DNA from: Candidatus Aenigmatarchaeota archaeon
Lineage (GTDB): Archaea > Aenigmatarchaeota > Aenigmatarchaeia > GW2011-AR5 > JAHLMP01
Length of the DNA stretch: 61,132 nt
Reading direction: 5' to 3'
NCBI GenBank assembly: GCA_039091735.1
Contig: JAWCLB010000003.1
Coordinates: 1,295 to 62,426 of the forward strand
Shown: positions 29,580-41,610 of the stretch, piece after piece
How the letters are laid out: every line of letters begins with the position of its first letter
Position numbering within the stretch: position 1 is the stretch's first letter
Made by a program: the position numbers and the translations under genes
The notes under the pieces: generated by a model
What the model saw: only the letters and a program-made list of their open reading frames with translations
Database searches by the model: none
Told to the model about the DNA's origin: nothing

Positions 29580-30447
29580 ATGTATTTTTTGGGTGTTGAT
29601 GGGGGCGCTACCAAAACAAGGATTGCAATAGCTGATGAGAACGAAAAATTATTTCTTGAGGCAGTTGGAAAAGGAAGCAATTACAGGGTTTTGGGACTTG
29701 ATGAAATGGAGAAGAACCTTTATTCACTAATCTCTCTAAACAGAAAAAGGATATCATATGCGTGCTTTGGTTTGGCTTCAATAGACTCTGACAAGGATAA
29801 GGAGATAGTATACTCAAAAATAAAGAATGGCAAGATAGGAAAACTGCTCAAATGCCCAATAATGGTAGTTAACGACGTAGAAATTATTTTGCCTGCGATA
29901 AAAGCAGAAAATGGTGTGGCTGTTATTGGTGGAACAGGCTCAAACTTCTTTGCAAAGAATGGAAATAAAAGGGCTTTTGCAGGTGGTTTGGATTATATTC
30001 TCGCAGACGAAGGTAGTGCATTTGATATAGGCCAAAAGATTCTAAAAGCAGCTGTTCGCTCAGCTGATGGAAGAGGTGAAAAGACTATACTTGAAAAAAT
30101 GGTATTGAAAAAGGCAGGAATAAAGAATATAAGGCAACTAAAAGACATAATACATGCTAAAAATATGAAATCAATAGTTGCTGGCTTTGCTCCATTAGCA
30201 GAGGCTGCAATGAAAATGGGAGATAAGACAGCTGAGGGTATACTGAAATCAGCAATAAAGGAATATGCTGCTGGAATAAATGCAGTCGCAAATCGTGTTG
30301 GATTAAAAGGCAAATACAAAATAGCAATCGTTGGCAGCGTTTTCAACTCTAAGTTTTTGTTAGATGCTTTAAAAAGAAAAATAAAAAAAGAAATAACGAT
30401 TGTTAAGAATCCTGTGTTAGGAGCTGTTAGACTTGCGATAAAGGCAT

Positions 30448-30458
<11 letters not shown>
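29580..30458 (+). CDS. BadF/BadG/BcrA/BcrD-type ATPase; N-acetylglucosamine/glucose kinase-like
   Basis: MYFLGVDGGATKTRIAI..., GGTGSN. ATG at 29559 is an alternative start. Confidence 0.65.
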
Positions 30459-32494
<2,036 letters not shown>

Positions 32495-32551
32495 CTTTCA
32501 TTTTTATAAAATATTTAAAGTTTCATGACTATTTAATCGATTAACCAACTG

Positions 32552-33196
32552 GTGATTAAAATTAAGGTAAGCATTATTGGACCTAGAACTATTACAAGAA
32601 CCTGTGAATTTGCTAGGATAAAACAAGACAACTTGATGAGGCTTATAGATGGTGTTGGAAGGGTTCTTGCAAAGCACGGATTTGAGATTGTGATAATACC
32701 TAATGCAGGTGTTTCTTATCTCGTTTCCAAAACTTACAAGGCTCATAAAGGAAAGAAGGTTATAGGTTTAATGCCAAAAAATCCAGAGCCATTTGGCATA
32801 GAGCATCAAAAACTTCATTTAGATATTGTAGATGAGATAAAAGAATTGCCAGATTGGTATCATGTTGCAGGAAGACTTGTTATAGAAAGCGATTTCACAA
32901 TTTGTATTGGATTGTCAGGAGGAACAATGATGACACTATGTTGGGCCAAGTGGTATAGCACATGCTTAAATCAAGAAAGAAAGATTGTGATTTTTGAAAA
33001 CACTATATCAAGAAGACTACACCCAGAACTAGAGGCTATTATAAGGGCTGTGTATGTTAATAGCATAGATGAGCTCGATTATCTCATAGACTCTACATTT
33101 TGGTTAAGTCCAATGGACTTTGTAAGAAGCCTGCAGCTACAATTTGAAAGAAACAAGGAATATAGAGATTTAAAAATGGTCAAAAAAAGGAAGTAA
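32552..33196 (+). CDS. Rossmann-like protein, TIGR00725/LOG-like (weak call)
   Basis: 214 aa with a GTG start. IGLSGGTMMTLCWA and overall small-Rossmann layout. Low certainty on family. Confidence 0.4.
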   Translation: MIKIKVSIIGPRTITRTCEFARIKQDNLMRLIDGVGRVLAKHGFEIVIIPNAGVSYLVSKTYKAHKGKKVIGLMPKNPEPFGIEHQKLHLDIVDEIKELPDWYHVAGRLVIESDFTICIGLSGGTMMTLCWAKWYSTCLNQERKIVIFENTISRRLHPELEAIIRAVYVNSIDELDYLIDSTFWLSPMDFVRSLQLQFERNKEYRDLKMVKKRK

Positions 33197-33222
33197 ACAT
33201 ACCAGAAAAAAGGTAAGTAAAA

Positions 33223-33424
33223 TTAGGGCAATATTGAATCAAGAGCTTTGACAAGGATCTGCAGATGTGCAGGAATAAAGCAAGGGAGTTTAATGAATAT
33301 TGTAGATGGTACAGGAAAGCTTCTGACTGAGAAGGGATTTGAGATTGTTTTAGTGCCTGACATGATTAAACTTGAAACGCTTATTGTGCACGCTTTGGTT
33401 AAGACCATGGCATCAAAACATTGA
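33223..33424 (+). pseudogene. Degenerate N-terminal fragment duplicated from the preceding gene
   Basis: 33293-33424 translates MNIVDGTGKLLTEKGFEIVLVPDM..., compared with LMRLIDGVGRVLAKHGFEIVIIPNA in 32552-33196. Upstream similarity requires a frameshift. Only 43 codons are open. Confidence 0.45.
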
Positions 33425-33471
33425 TAAAAAAATTTAAATAGAAGCTGAAACATAGATAGAGATGATAAAGA

Positions 33472-34206
33472 ATGACAATCGAAAGGATAAAATCTGGAAT
33501 ACATGGTTTGGATAAGTTAATAGAGGGCGGTTACCCAAAAGGCTCAGTAATCCTTGTTTCAGGCGGGCCAGGAACAGGAAAGACTATCTTTGCTTTGCAG
33601 TACATTTACAATGGGGCAAAAGAGGGAGAGGCTGGATTATACATAACCTTTGAAGAAGACCCAAAAAGCCTTAAAGAAAGTGTTAAAAATCTCGGAATGG
33701 ATTTTGACGAGCTTGAAGATAAAAAGAAGGCTGCTATAATAAAATTGGATCAGGTTTCTGATCTTCCGGACTTTTTAAAGATAGTAGAGAGTAACATCAA
33801 AAGGCTAAAGGCTAAGAGGCTGGTTATAGATTCTTTGTCGTCTCTTGAAGTCTTGTCATCAACCTTTCAATCTATTGCAAGAGATGTTTCTCCGATAACG
33901 CTGAGAGAAGGCTATAAGATGATGCCAGAAAAAGAGGCCATCATAAGAAGATTTCTTTATAAAATCATCAACTACTTAAAGGGATTAGATGTGACAACTT
34001 TGCTAACCTCTGAGTCACAGGATACGCAGTATTCAAGATATGGTGTTGCTGAGTTTGTGGTTGATGGAATAATAAAATTAGAATATGAGATTGTTGGCAA
34101 GATTATCCAGAGAAACATCCTTGTCGTTAAACTAAGAAAAAGTAAGATAGAGGGAGGAAGAAGGAGCATAGAAATTGGAAAGGGAGGAATTAAGGTTGTT
34201 GATTGA
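33472..34206 (+). CDS. KaiC/RadA-like (RAD55 family) ATPase
   Basis: 244 aa. GIHGLDKLIEGGYPKGSVILVSGGPGTGKT (Walker A), RLVIDSLS (Walker B). Confidence 0.8.
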   Translation: MTIERIKSGIHGLDKLIEGGYPKGSVILVSGGPGTGKTIFALQYIYNGAKEGEAGLYITFEEDPKSLKESVKNLGMDFDELEDKKKAAIIKLDQVSDLPDFLKIVESNIKRLKAKRLVIDSLSSLEVLSSTFQSIARDVSPITLREGYKMMPEKEAIIRRFLYKIINYLKGLDVTTLLTSESQDTQYSRYGVAEFVVDGIIKLEYEIVGKIIQRNILVVKLRKSKIEGGRRSIEIGKGGIKVVD

Positions 34207-34277
34207 AATTAATTGTTGGCTGATGTATAAAGAAAAGTAGCATTTATATCTCCAGCTTATATATTCCCAGCATCTAA

Positions 34278-35405
34278 TTATTGAGTAATATATAAAGAAA
34301 AGTAACCTGCTGTTGTGTCTCTTTTAATCTTTTTCAATTCTATTTTTCTTCCAATAAATCCAGAAATAACACCAGAGAGCAAACCTCTAAACATTGTGAA
34401 ATCTATTTCATCAGCCCATTGCGTCCAAGGGAAGTAATTTACAAATATCTCATACTTTCCTTTTTTCTCCAAAGCCAAAATGTCACCAAAGCCTAAGGCT
34501 GGGAAAAAGTCTGTTATGAATTTGCAAGGCTCTTGCTTTCCTGACAACTCAGCTAATCTTTTCCCAAAATCAAAGCTGCAATCCCAAAGAATTTTTAAAC
34601 CATTTTTAATCTTTTTCAATTCTTTCTCGAGAATGTACATAAAGCTTGCTTCACATAGAAAGAATCGCTCGCCGCGATAAGTAACTTGCCCATGCTTATA
34701 ATCAAAAAAGCCAGCATCTATCAAAGACTTTAAGCTATTTCTTGCCCAGCTTGTTTCTCTAATTTCATTAAAGATTTTATAATCTTGAGATAGCTCAGCC
34801 TTCTCCAATTTTCTACATCTTATTGGCTTATAACCCATTTTTACTAAAGTTTCGTAAGGGGCTGCGATTACCTCGCATTCCTTATCTCCTCTACCTTGGC
34901 ACTTGATTTGAATTGCTTCTATGCCTGGATTTTCGCAGGCATAGGCCCAAATGCCTGCTATGCTTCCTCCTGAGAAAATATAACCGAGACCGTTTTTTGA
35001 GCAGATTATATAGTCTCGCATTCTTATTTCTAAGACCTTGCTATCATAGTCTATATGATGAGAAAGTCTTCCATAAGATGAAATTGTTTCAATATATCTA
35101 ATTAGAAAGTACACGTAGTTCAAAAATTCTTTTTTTGTTGTTGAGAGCATTGTTGGAAATTTAGAATATGAAGAATATGAAAAAGTAAATTTCTTTCCAA
35201 TTGTGTACAATTCTTTTTTAAATTTTTTCAATTTTCTCTCTAAATTTTCTAATAAATTTTCTGAAAGCGTTATTTCTCTTATTTTTATTTCCTTTTGCTT
35301 TCCAACATTTTCGCAAATAAATCCAGGAAAGTCTATAATTTCTAATTTAGAAGAGTATATATTTCTTATATACCAACTTACTATCGCGTCTTTTATTGAA
35401 ACCAT
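34278..35405 (-). CDS. V4R-domain protein (two V4R-like halves)
   Basis: 375 aa. The first half contains the V4R hallmark C-x-G-x-GD-x-x-C (IKCQGRGDKECEVIA). Overlaps the UbiA-1 stop by 13 nt. Confidence 0.55.
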   Translation of the reverse strand: MVSIKDAIVSWYIRNIYSSKLEIIDFPGFICENVGKQKEIKIREITLSENLLENLERKLKKFKKELYTIGKKFTFSYSSYSKFPTMLSTTKKEFLNYVYFLIRYIETISSYGRLSHHIDYDSKVLEIRMRDYIICSKNGLGYIFSGGSIAGIWAYACENPGIEAIQIKCQGRGDKECEVIAAPYETLVKMGYKPIRCRKLEKAELSQDYKIFNEIRETSWARNSLKSLIDAGFFDYKHGQVTYRGERFFLCEASFMYILEKELKKIKNGLKILWDCSFDFGKRLAELSGKQEPCKFITDFFPALGFGDILALEKKGKYEIFVNYFPWTQWADEIDFTMFRGLLSGVISGFIGRKIELKKIKRDTTAGYFSLYITQ

Positions 35406-36235
35406 ATTCCACTCAATATTATTAAAAAGAATGCAAAATATATCTCTGAGTCTGCTATAATATCATATAACCAAAATTTGTCGATTCCACTTATTTTAAA
35501 TAAATAGTAATATATTAAATTGAACCCAACCAAACCTAATAGAAAGATAGCTCTTAGAGGCAAAAGTTTAAGATAAATTAAGAAGAGTAATATCAATCCA
35601 CTCCCTATATTCATAAAATTCAGTAATTTCATAGTTTTTTCTACTCCTATTTTTACAGGAATTGTGTTTACACCCTCCTTTTTATCTCCTTTAATGTCTC
35701 GAAGATCAAAAAAGATAGTATTTATAAAATCCCTTAAAAATACAAAAATTGCAAAACTAAATACCACGGAGTTTAAAATTCCTATAGAAATCCCAGCTAT
35801 AAAGACTGGGAGTGACCAAAAAATTCCCAACAATATATTTTTCATTAGAAATGTTTTTTTGAAAAATTTATAAACTAAGAATAAGAGAGGAGTTAAAAGA
35901 ACTATAAAAAATATTTTAATGTTGTCCAATAGAAAAAGAGAAATTAACAATGAGAATAAGGAGAAAAGAATAGAAATTGGAATAAAAAATTTTCTATATT
36001 TTCTCGAGAAACTTACGCGTTCAGGATAATTTATTATGTCTTCTTTCTCTCCTCCTAATCTATTGAGTGTGTAAGTAAAGAAAGTAAGAAAGAATATTAC
36101 AACAAGAGAAAGATTCATACTTTCATTTAGTAAAATAAAAGTTATTGCACCCCACAAAGCTGCAGCTATTGATATATGAACTGAAGAGAAGACAAAAAAC
36201 TCAAAAAACTTTCTTATGAGTTTATAGCAGTTCAT
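35393..36235 (-). CDS. UbiA-superfamily prenyltransferase, paralog 1 (first Asp-rich motif degenerate)
   Basis: 280 aa, about 8-9 TM segments. First motif NRLGGEKED, where paralog 2 has NRITDVKED. Second motif FDLRDIKGDKKEG. Confidence 0.7.
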   Translation of the reverse strand: MNCYKLIRKFFEFFVFSSVHISIAAALWGAITFILLNESMNLSLVVIFFLTFFTYTLNRLGGEKEDIINYPERVSFSRKYRKFFIPISILFSLFSLLISLFLLDNIKIFFIVLLTPLLFLVYKFFKKTFLMKNILLGIFWSLPVFIAGISIGILNSVVFSFAIFVFLRDFINTIFFDLRDIKGDKKEGVNTIPVKIGVEKTMKLLNFMNIGSGLILLFLIYLKLLPLRAIFLLGLVGFNLIYYYLFKISGIDKFWLYDIIADSEIYFAFFLIILSGIWFQ

Positions 36236-36271
36236 AATTTAATTTATAAAACTGATGATTTTAAATAATTA

Positions 36272-37327
36272 TTAAATTCTTTTGACAGTTTTCCACTTAA
36301 CTAAGTAGAAGGGAAAGACAAGATTTACAAACTTTGGCACTCGCTTTACTTCTTCTTCATTTTCCTTTGTAATTCTCCCTTCTAAAATATCTTTCTCAAA
36401 ATCTTCATTTGTCTTTCCTTGATAGATAATTCTTCTCTTGAAATAGTAAACCAAATCATCTAATAATTCTTTTTTCCATAAAACATCGTAATTTTCATTG
36501 TTGATTATTGATTTTGCAGCTAAATAACCTGAAAGGATTGCAAATTTTACACCGAAGCCTTTAGAGGCATCTTGAAATTCTGCTGCCTCTCCAACATAAA
36601 GCTTTCCGTGATTTAAGGCAGAAAAAGGTATATTAAAGTTACCATAGCCGCTAACTTCGCATACCTTTGTAGCTCCTTTAATAGCATCGCTTATTATTTC
36701 ATTTTCTTTTATTAGCTTCGTAAAATATTCTCTAATTTTACCATAATCTGGAGAAGAGCAAAATATCGTTGTGACTACATCTCCTGAATTTTTAGTATAA
36801 GGAAGTATGTAAGCATATCCATGGGGTGCATATCTATTATCATAAAAGAGGTATATCGCATCTTCTATGTTTAAATCACAATAATGATAACCAAAGGCAA
36901 TACCATCAATTCTCTTTGCTCCCGTAGCTATTATATTTGCTTCTTTTTCTGGTATAGTTTTATTGAAATGAAACTCAGCTCCTAATTTTTTCGCTTCGTC
37001 TAGAAGAACACTCTCCAAACTTCTTTTATCATTTCCACGAAGAAAAGTATAAAATATTGGCTTTTTTGAAATTATTTCACTCATTCTTAAAGAAGGTGAG
37101 AATTTAAATACTTTATAGATTTTTTTCATTTCAGGTAATTTTACTATCTTCTCTAATTTTTCAGCAGTATTATATTCTCTCCCATAATTTCTGAAGGAGT
37201 GGACAGCAATTTGAAAATTTGGTTTTGGTCTATTTCCTCTCTCGTATACAACTACATTCTCATTTGCCTTTGCAAGAGTTATTGCTGCTGTTAATCCTGC
37301 GGGACCAGCTCCTAATACCTTAATCAT
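36272..37327 (-). CDS. FAD-dependent oxidoreductase, geranylgeranyl-reductase-like
   Basis: 351 aa. N-terminal dinucleotide fold MIKVLGAGPAGLTAAITLAK...VVVYER. Size and context fit the GGR family. Confidence 0.6.
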   Translation of the reverse strand: MIKVLGAGPAGLTAAITLAKANENVVVYERGNRPKPNFQIAVHSFRNYGREYNTAEKLEKIVKLPEMKKIYKVFKFSPSLRMSEIISKKPIFYTFLRGNDKRSLESVLLDEAKKLGAEFHFNKTIPEKEANIIATGAKRIDGIAFGYHYCDLNIEDAIYLFYDNRYAPHGYAYILPYTKNSGDVVTTIFCSSPDYGKIREYFTKLIKENEIISDAIKGATKVCEVSGYGNFNIPFSALNHGKLYVGEAAEFQDASKGFGVKFAILSGYLAAKSIINNENYDVLWKKELLDDLVYYFKRRIIYQGKTNEDFEKDILEGRITKENEEEVKRVPKFVNLVFPFYLVKWKTVKRI

Positions 37328-37421
37328 ACTTTATTGAATTCATTCAGAAACTTAAAAAGGCATGTATGCAAAATTTCGTATAAGATATTTAGCCAATATA
37401 ATGAATCATTAAGATAAATAT

Positions 37422-38243
37422 TCACCCTAACAAACAATTCCCTATAAATGCAAGTAATCCTATTACTATAAACTCTCCATCAGCAAGGATATCTGTTAAA
37501 AACTTTAGGTCTGTTTTGTGTATCAAATAAATATATGCAAATGTATAGAATATTACTAAACTTATAGCATAGCCGATTGGCGAAATAAAACCTAAAAACG
37601 TGACTATAAATAATAAAATAAAAGAAAGTAAATTAATAACTGAAAGTAAAATCTTTGTTTTACTTAAGCCTAGTCTCATAGGCAATGTTTCTATCTTACA
37701 CTTCTTATCTCCTTCAATATCTCTAATATCAAAGGTGATTGTATTTCCAATTCCTTTTAGAAAAATAAACAAAAAAAGAGAAAAAGATGTAAAAGATATC
37801 AATAATTCAAATTTCTCAAAATAAATTAATGGTAAAATGGTTACAGAAATAGACCATAATAATGAGACCCATATATTTTTTATTCCTAATAGCCTCTTTA
37901 ATCTTATTGGTGCAACGCTATAAATAACTACACTAATCAATGGTATAAAAGCAAATATACCTACCAAAATACTTCTAAAAAATGCTATGAATAAGGCAAA
38001 AACGTAACTAATTATAGAGGAGATTAAAATTTTTGTTTTATGTTTTTGTATAAATGAAACCCTTTCTGGATAATTTATCTTATCTTCCTTTACGTCAGTT
38101 ATTCTATTAAGATTATAAACAGAAAAAACTGATAAGAATACTATTAATAAAAGCTCTAGAGAAATTGGCAATTTAAATAATAATGAACTTGTATAAGTTA
38201 AACTAACGCCTGTAAGTGCTACAAATATTGAAGTTATACCCAA
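37422..38243 (-). CDS. UbiA-superfamily prenyltransferase, paralog 2 (DGGGP-synthase-like)
   Basis: 273 aa. NRITDVKEDKINYPERVSF (N-x3-D-x3-D) and FDIRDIEGDKK (D-x2-D-x3-D). Confidence 0.75.
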   Translation of the reverse strand: MGITSIFVALTGVSLTYTSSLLFKLPISLELLLIVFLSVFSVYNLNRITDVKEDKINYPERVSFIQKHKTKILISSIISYVFALFIAFFRSILVGIFAFIPLISVVIYSVAPIRLKRLLGIKNIWVSLLWSISVTILPLIYFEKFELLISFTSFSLFLFIFLKGIGNTITFDIRDIEGDKKCKIETLPMRLGLSKTKILLSVINLLSFILLFIVTFLGFISPIGYAISLVIFYTFAYIYLIHKTDLKFLTDILADGEFIVIGLLAFIGNCLLG

Positions 38244-38317
38244 GTGTAGTTAGGAATTTATTGAGAAATGTTTTCATAATTATTATTTTATAGATTTTTA
38301 ATTTTTAAATAAATCTA

Positions 38318-38473
38318 AATGAATTTGCAAGGCTCTTGCTTTCCACTAAGCTTTGCAAGCCTTTTCCCAAAATCAAAGCTGCAGTCCCAAAGAATTTTTA
38401 AACCATTTTTAATCTTTTTCAATTCTTTCTCGAGAATGTACATAAAGCTTGCTTCACATAGAAAGAATCGCTC
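38318..38473 (-). pseudogene. 156-nt duplicated internal fragment of the V4R gene
   Basis: Matches 34516-34670, except for a 17-nt replaced patch, one substitution and one A-run indel. No open frame. Followed at 38485-38503 by about 19 nt resembling UbiA-2 at 37837-37855. Confidence 0.8.
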
Positions 38474-38900
38474 TCCTTTGTAAGATGGTTACAGACATAG
38501 CCCAAAACAAATATAAATGTCTCAGCCGTTTTCTTGAGTCTAAAACCCTTTTTATTTATTGTTCAATAATTAGAAGGTTTTCTGCAAAGCTCTAAACACA
38601 TCGTAATTTGTATCAGCGATTTAAGTCTTTTTAAAATGCATTTGTGCGATCTTCATGTTTTTAGCAGCAAATTTTATGCATATACTATTTATAGCGATTC
38701 AAAATAAACTGACGATAATGATACTATTCACTCTAGCCTAAAACGATTTCTTGCCAATCTTTAATTAAAATCAAGAAATTAAAGCAAACGACAATAATTG
38801 ACACGATGATTATTTTTATTGAGCAGCGTTTTTAGTGTCAACTTTTAAATAAGACATACCTCTCAGCAATACTTTTTATTAATTGCACCAAAATATCATT

Positions 38901-39629
38901 ATGCTTTATCTCATATCTATCGGCCTATCAGATGAAAAGGACATGAGCATCCGTGCAATAGAATCAGCAAAGAGGTGTGATATACTATTTGTAGAATTTT
39001 ATACCACACAATTAAATACAACTGTTGAAAGGCTGAGCAAGCTTATAGGAAAAGAGATTAAAGAATTAAAAAGGGAAGACCTGGAGGAAGGGAGCGAAAA
39101 GATCCTAACTCTAGCAGAAAATAAAAATGTAGGAATTTTAGTTGGTGGGGATGCGCTAATAGCCACAACACACTCTTCTTTGTTAATAGACGCAAAGAAA
39201 AGAGGGATAAGAACAAAGATTGTTCATGGGTCGTCAATCTATACTGCTGTTTGTAGCACGGGTCTGCAGATATATAAATTTGGTAGGACTGTTACTCTTC
39301 CGGATTTTAAGGCTGCCTCGGTCGTAGATGCAATAAAGCGGAATAAAAGAGCGGGATTGCATACGCTTGTTCTTTTGGATGTGAAAATGAATGCAAAAGA
39401 GGGATTGAAAAAATTACTTGATGAAAAGGCGATTACAAAAGAGGACAAAATTATTGCATGTTGTAGATTAGGAAGTAGGGAAGAGATTATAAAATATGAT
39501 AAAACAGAAAATTTGTTAAAGAACAAAGAGATAGAGAAAATGCCAGGGGTGTTAATAATTCCTGGTAGATTGCATTTCAAAGAAGAGGAGGCATTATCCT
39601 TTTTTAGATATCCAAAAAGCAACAAATAA
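38901..39629 (+). CDS. dph5: Diphthine synthase
   Basis: MLYLISIGLSDEKDMSIRAIESAKRCDILFVEFYT, LVGGDALIATTH. Trimmed from the TTG at 38883 to the ATG at 38901. Confidence 0.88.
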   Translation: MLYLISIGLSDEKDMSIRAIESAKRCDILFVEFYTTQLNTTVERLSKLIGKEIKELKREDLEEGSEKILTLAENKNVGILVGGDALIATTHSSLLIDAKKRGIRTKIVHGSSIYTAVCSTGLQIYKFGRTVTLPDFKAASVVDAIKRNKRAGLHTLVLLDVKMNAKEGLKKLLDEKAITKEDKIIACCRLGSREEIIKYDKTENLLKNKEIEKMPGVLIIPGRLHFKEEEALSFFRYPKSNK

Positions 39630-39747
39630 TTTCTAATATGTTGGACATTCATATAATTCAGGATAAAAAAGAAATTTTCAATGCAATGAAGCCTAATATA
39701 ATCTTCAAAGGAGTAATTTTAATAATAAACACAAGCAAATATCTTTT

Positions 39748-40590
39748 ATGAGCAAGGTTTTTGATACGTCTTTTCTCAATTACGATGAGAGTGTTGCTAG
39801 AATTTTCAATGCAATGAAACCTAAGATAGAGAAAAGGAAGATTGTCATAAAGCCAAACCTTACAACTAATCTAAATCCTCCTGTTACAACAGATGTAAAT
39901 TGCGTGCGAGCGATATTAAAGTGCCTCCAAAATTTTAATGGAGAAATAATTATTGCAGAGGGTAGTGGCGGATGTGATACATTAAAGGCATTTAATGCCT
40001 TGGGTTATGAAGAGCTTTGTGAAGAGTTTGGAATAAGGCTTATAGATTTGAACAGAGAAGAGAGGGTCGAAATAGAAAATCACTCTGCACTCAGGCTGAA
40101 AAGCATGCTCTATCCTAAGATACTTCTAGACTCTTATCTGATAAGCGTTCCTGTGCCAAAGGAGCACAGCTCTGCAATAATAACCAATAGCTTAAAAAAC
40201 ATGTTCGGGGTTTATCTCTCAAAAAAATATTTAGCCAAATATAGCGGACTGAGAAAAATCGGTGTAATAGTTGCAAGGAGCATATTTGCACGCGGATGGA
40301 GCAAGGCTGATCTTCATGTATTTGGTGTCCATGAAAGCATTTATGACCTAAATCTGTACAAAAAACCTGATCTCACAATCTGCGATGCCAGAATCGGACA
40401 AAAAGGAAATGAAATAGATGGGGTAGCATGCAAACCACCTCTTAACAGAATTATTGGAGCGTTTGACCCAGTTGCATGCGATAGTTATGTATCAAAAATC
40501 TTTGGATATGATTGGAAAGAAATAAAATATTTGAGATATTGTCATGAAAAAATAGGAGATGCGGAAAATGTGGAGGTTGTAAGAATATAG
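39748..40590 (+). CDS. DUF362-domain protein
   Basis: 280 aa. KIVIKPNLTT... and IIAEGSGG, as in DUF362. Confidence 0.55.
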   Translation: MSKVFDTSFLNYDESVARIFNAMKPKIEKRKIVIKPNLTTNLNPPVTTDVNCVRAILKCLQNFNGEIIIAEGSGGCDTLKAFNALGYEELCEEFGIRLIDLNREERVEIENHSALRLKSMLYPKILLDSYLISVPVPKEHSSAIITNSLKNMFGVYLSKKYLAKYSGLRKIGVIVARSIFARGWSKADLHVFGVHESIYDLNLYKKPDLTICDARIGQKGNEIDGVACKPPLNRIIGAFDPVACDSYVSKIFGYDWKEIKYLRYCHEKIGDAENVEVVRI

Positions 40591-40689
40591 ACATTACTGA
40601 AATAGTTTTGAATAAATACCCATAAAAATTTTCAATTTCCGCTAAACCGCAATGATATGCTAAGAAGTATACAAATCTATTTAAAAAAA

Positions 40690-41019
40690 TTATGCCTCTC
40701 TTGTTGTGGAAAGAACCTTGCTCATGATGATTATAACCAAAACTGCTATAGCTGAAACCACTAATGCTACCAGATATTTGAAAATAACTGCACTGCTGCC
40801 AGCACTAATTAATGGCTGTAATGATTCCTGGATTGCATCTTTCCAGAGCAAAGCTGCCACAAATGAGAAGGCTCCTGTAATCAGAGTTATTAGATTTTTT
40901 CTAAATTCCTCTCGAAACTCACTTAAGCTTTTCTCAATCTCCAAAAACTTTTCAATATTTGCCTTTTGTTTTTTGGTAACACGCTTCACAAGACCACCAG
41001 AATAGATATTGAAACACAA
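40690..41019 (-). CDS. Small membrane protein, hypothetical
   Basis: 109 aa. Charged N-terminus and two TM segments. The opposite-strand ORF is judged a shadow. Confidence 0.45.
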   Translation of the reverse strand: MCFNIYSGGLVKRVTKKQKANIEKFLEIEKSLSEFREEFRKNLITLITGAFSFVAALLWKDAIQESLQPLISAGSSAVIFKYLVALVVSAIAVLVIIIMSKVLSTTREA

Positions 41020-41119
41020 AAATAAAAAGATATTTCTCTTTTAAAGTTTAATTCAATCTATCATACAATGGTTTTACAATAAGTAATAACTTTTTAAGCT
41101 TTTCCGCTAACACCTCATT

Positions 41120-41392
41120 ATGAAATGGATACCTAGAAAGAGAGAAGAATATAAAGAAGAGGCACCCAAGAAAAAAACTTATTTGGAAGAGCTCTGTGAA
41201 AGTAATGAACATCTACTCAGAGACTTGCAATTTAGTCTGCTTATCAGTCCCGAAAGAATTGCTGAAACCCCAGAGGATTTCGCATCGAAGGGAAAAGAGC
41301 TGGAAACTCAGGGAAACCTCTCAGAAGCATTGCAAAAATACGCCATGGCTGGAAGAAAGGCTCTTGCAGAATTAAATCCAAAAGATGTGTAA
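41120..41392 (+). CDS. Hypothetical protein
   Basis: 90-aa charged ORF. Confidence 0.4.
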   Translation: MKWIPRKREEYKEEAPKKKTYLEELCESNEHLLRDLQFSLLISPERIAETPEDFASKGKELETQGNLSEALQKYAMAGRKALAELNPKDV

Positions 41393-41404
41393 AGGTATTT
41401 TAAG

Positions 41405-41551
41405 ATGTATAGAGAGCTCGTATCAAGGATACAAAAAGATAACACGCTTTTTGAATATATAGCTGAACATCCAGAAGAGGCTGTTGAAATAGCCAAGAAA
41501 TACTACAAGTTTAGAGCATTGGAAGAAAGGGAAAAAGGCACAGCGCAATAA
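41405..41551 (+). CDS. Possible 48-aa small protein
   Basis: My own translation: MYRELVSRIQKDNTLFEYIAEHPEEAVEIAKKYYKFRALEEREKGTAQ. It sits 12 nt after the previous ORF. Confidence 0.25.
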   Translation: MYRELVSRIQKDNTLFEYIAEHPEEAVEIAKKYYKFRALEEREKGTAQ

Positions 41552-41610
41552 AAAACCCTTCTACAAGAAATAGGGTTAAACTAAAAAGCTTTTCCTTATA
41601 ATTCTAAATT

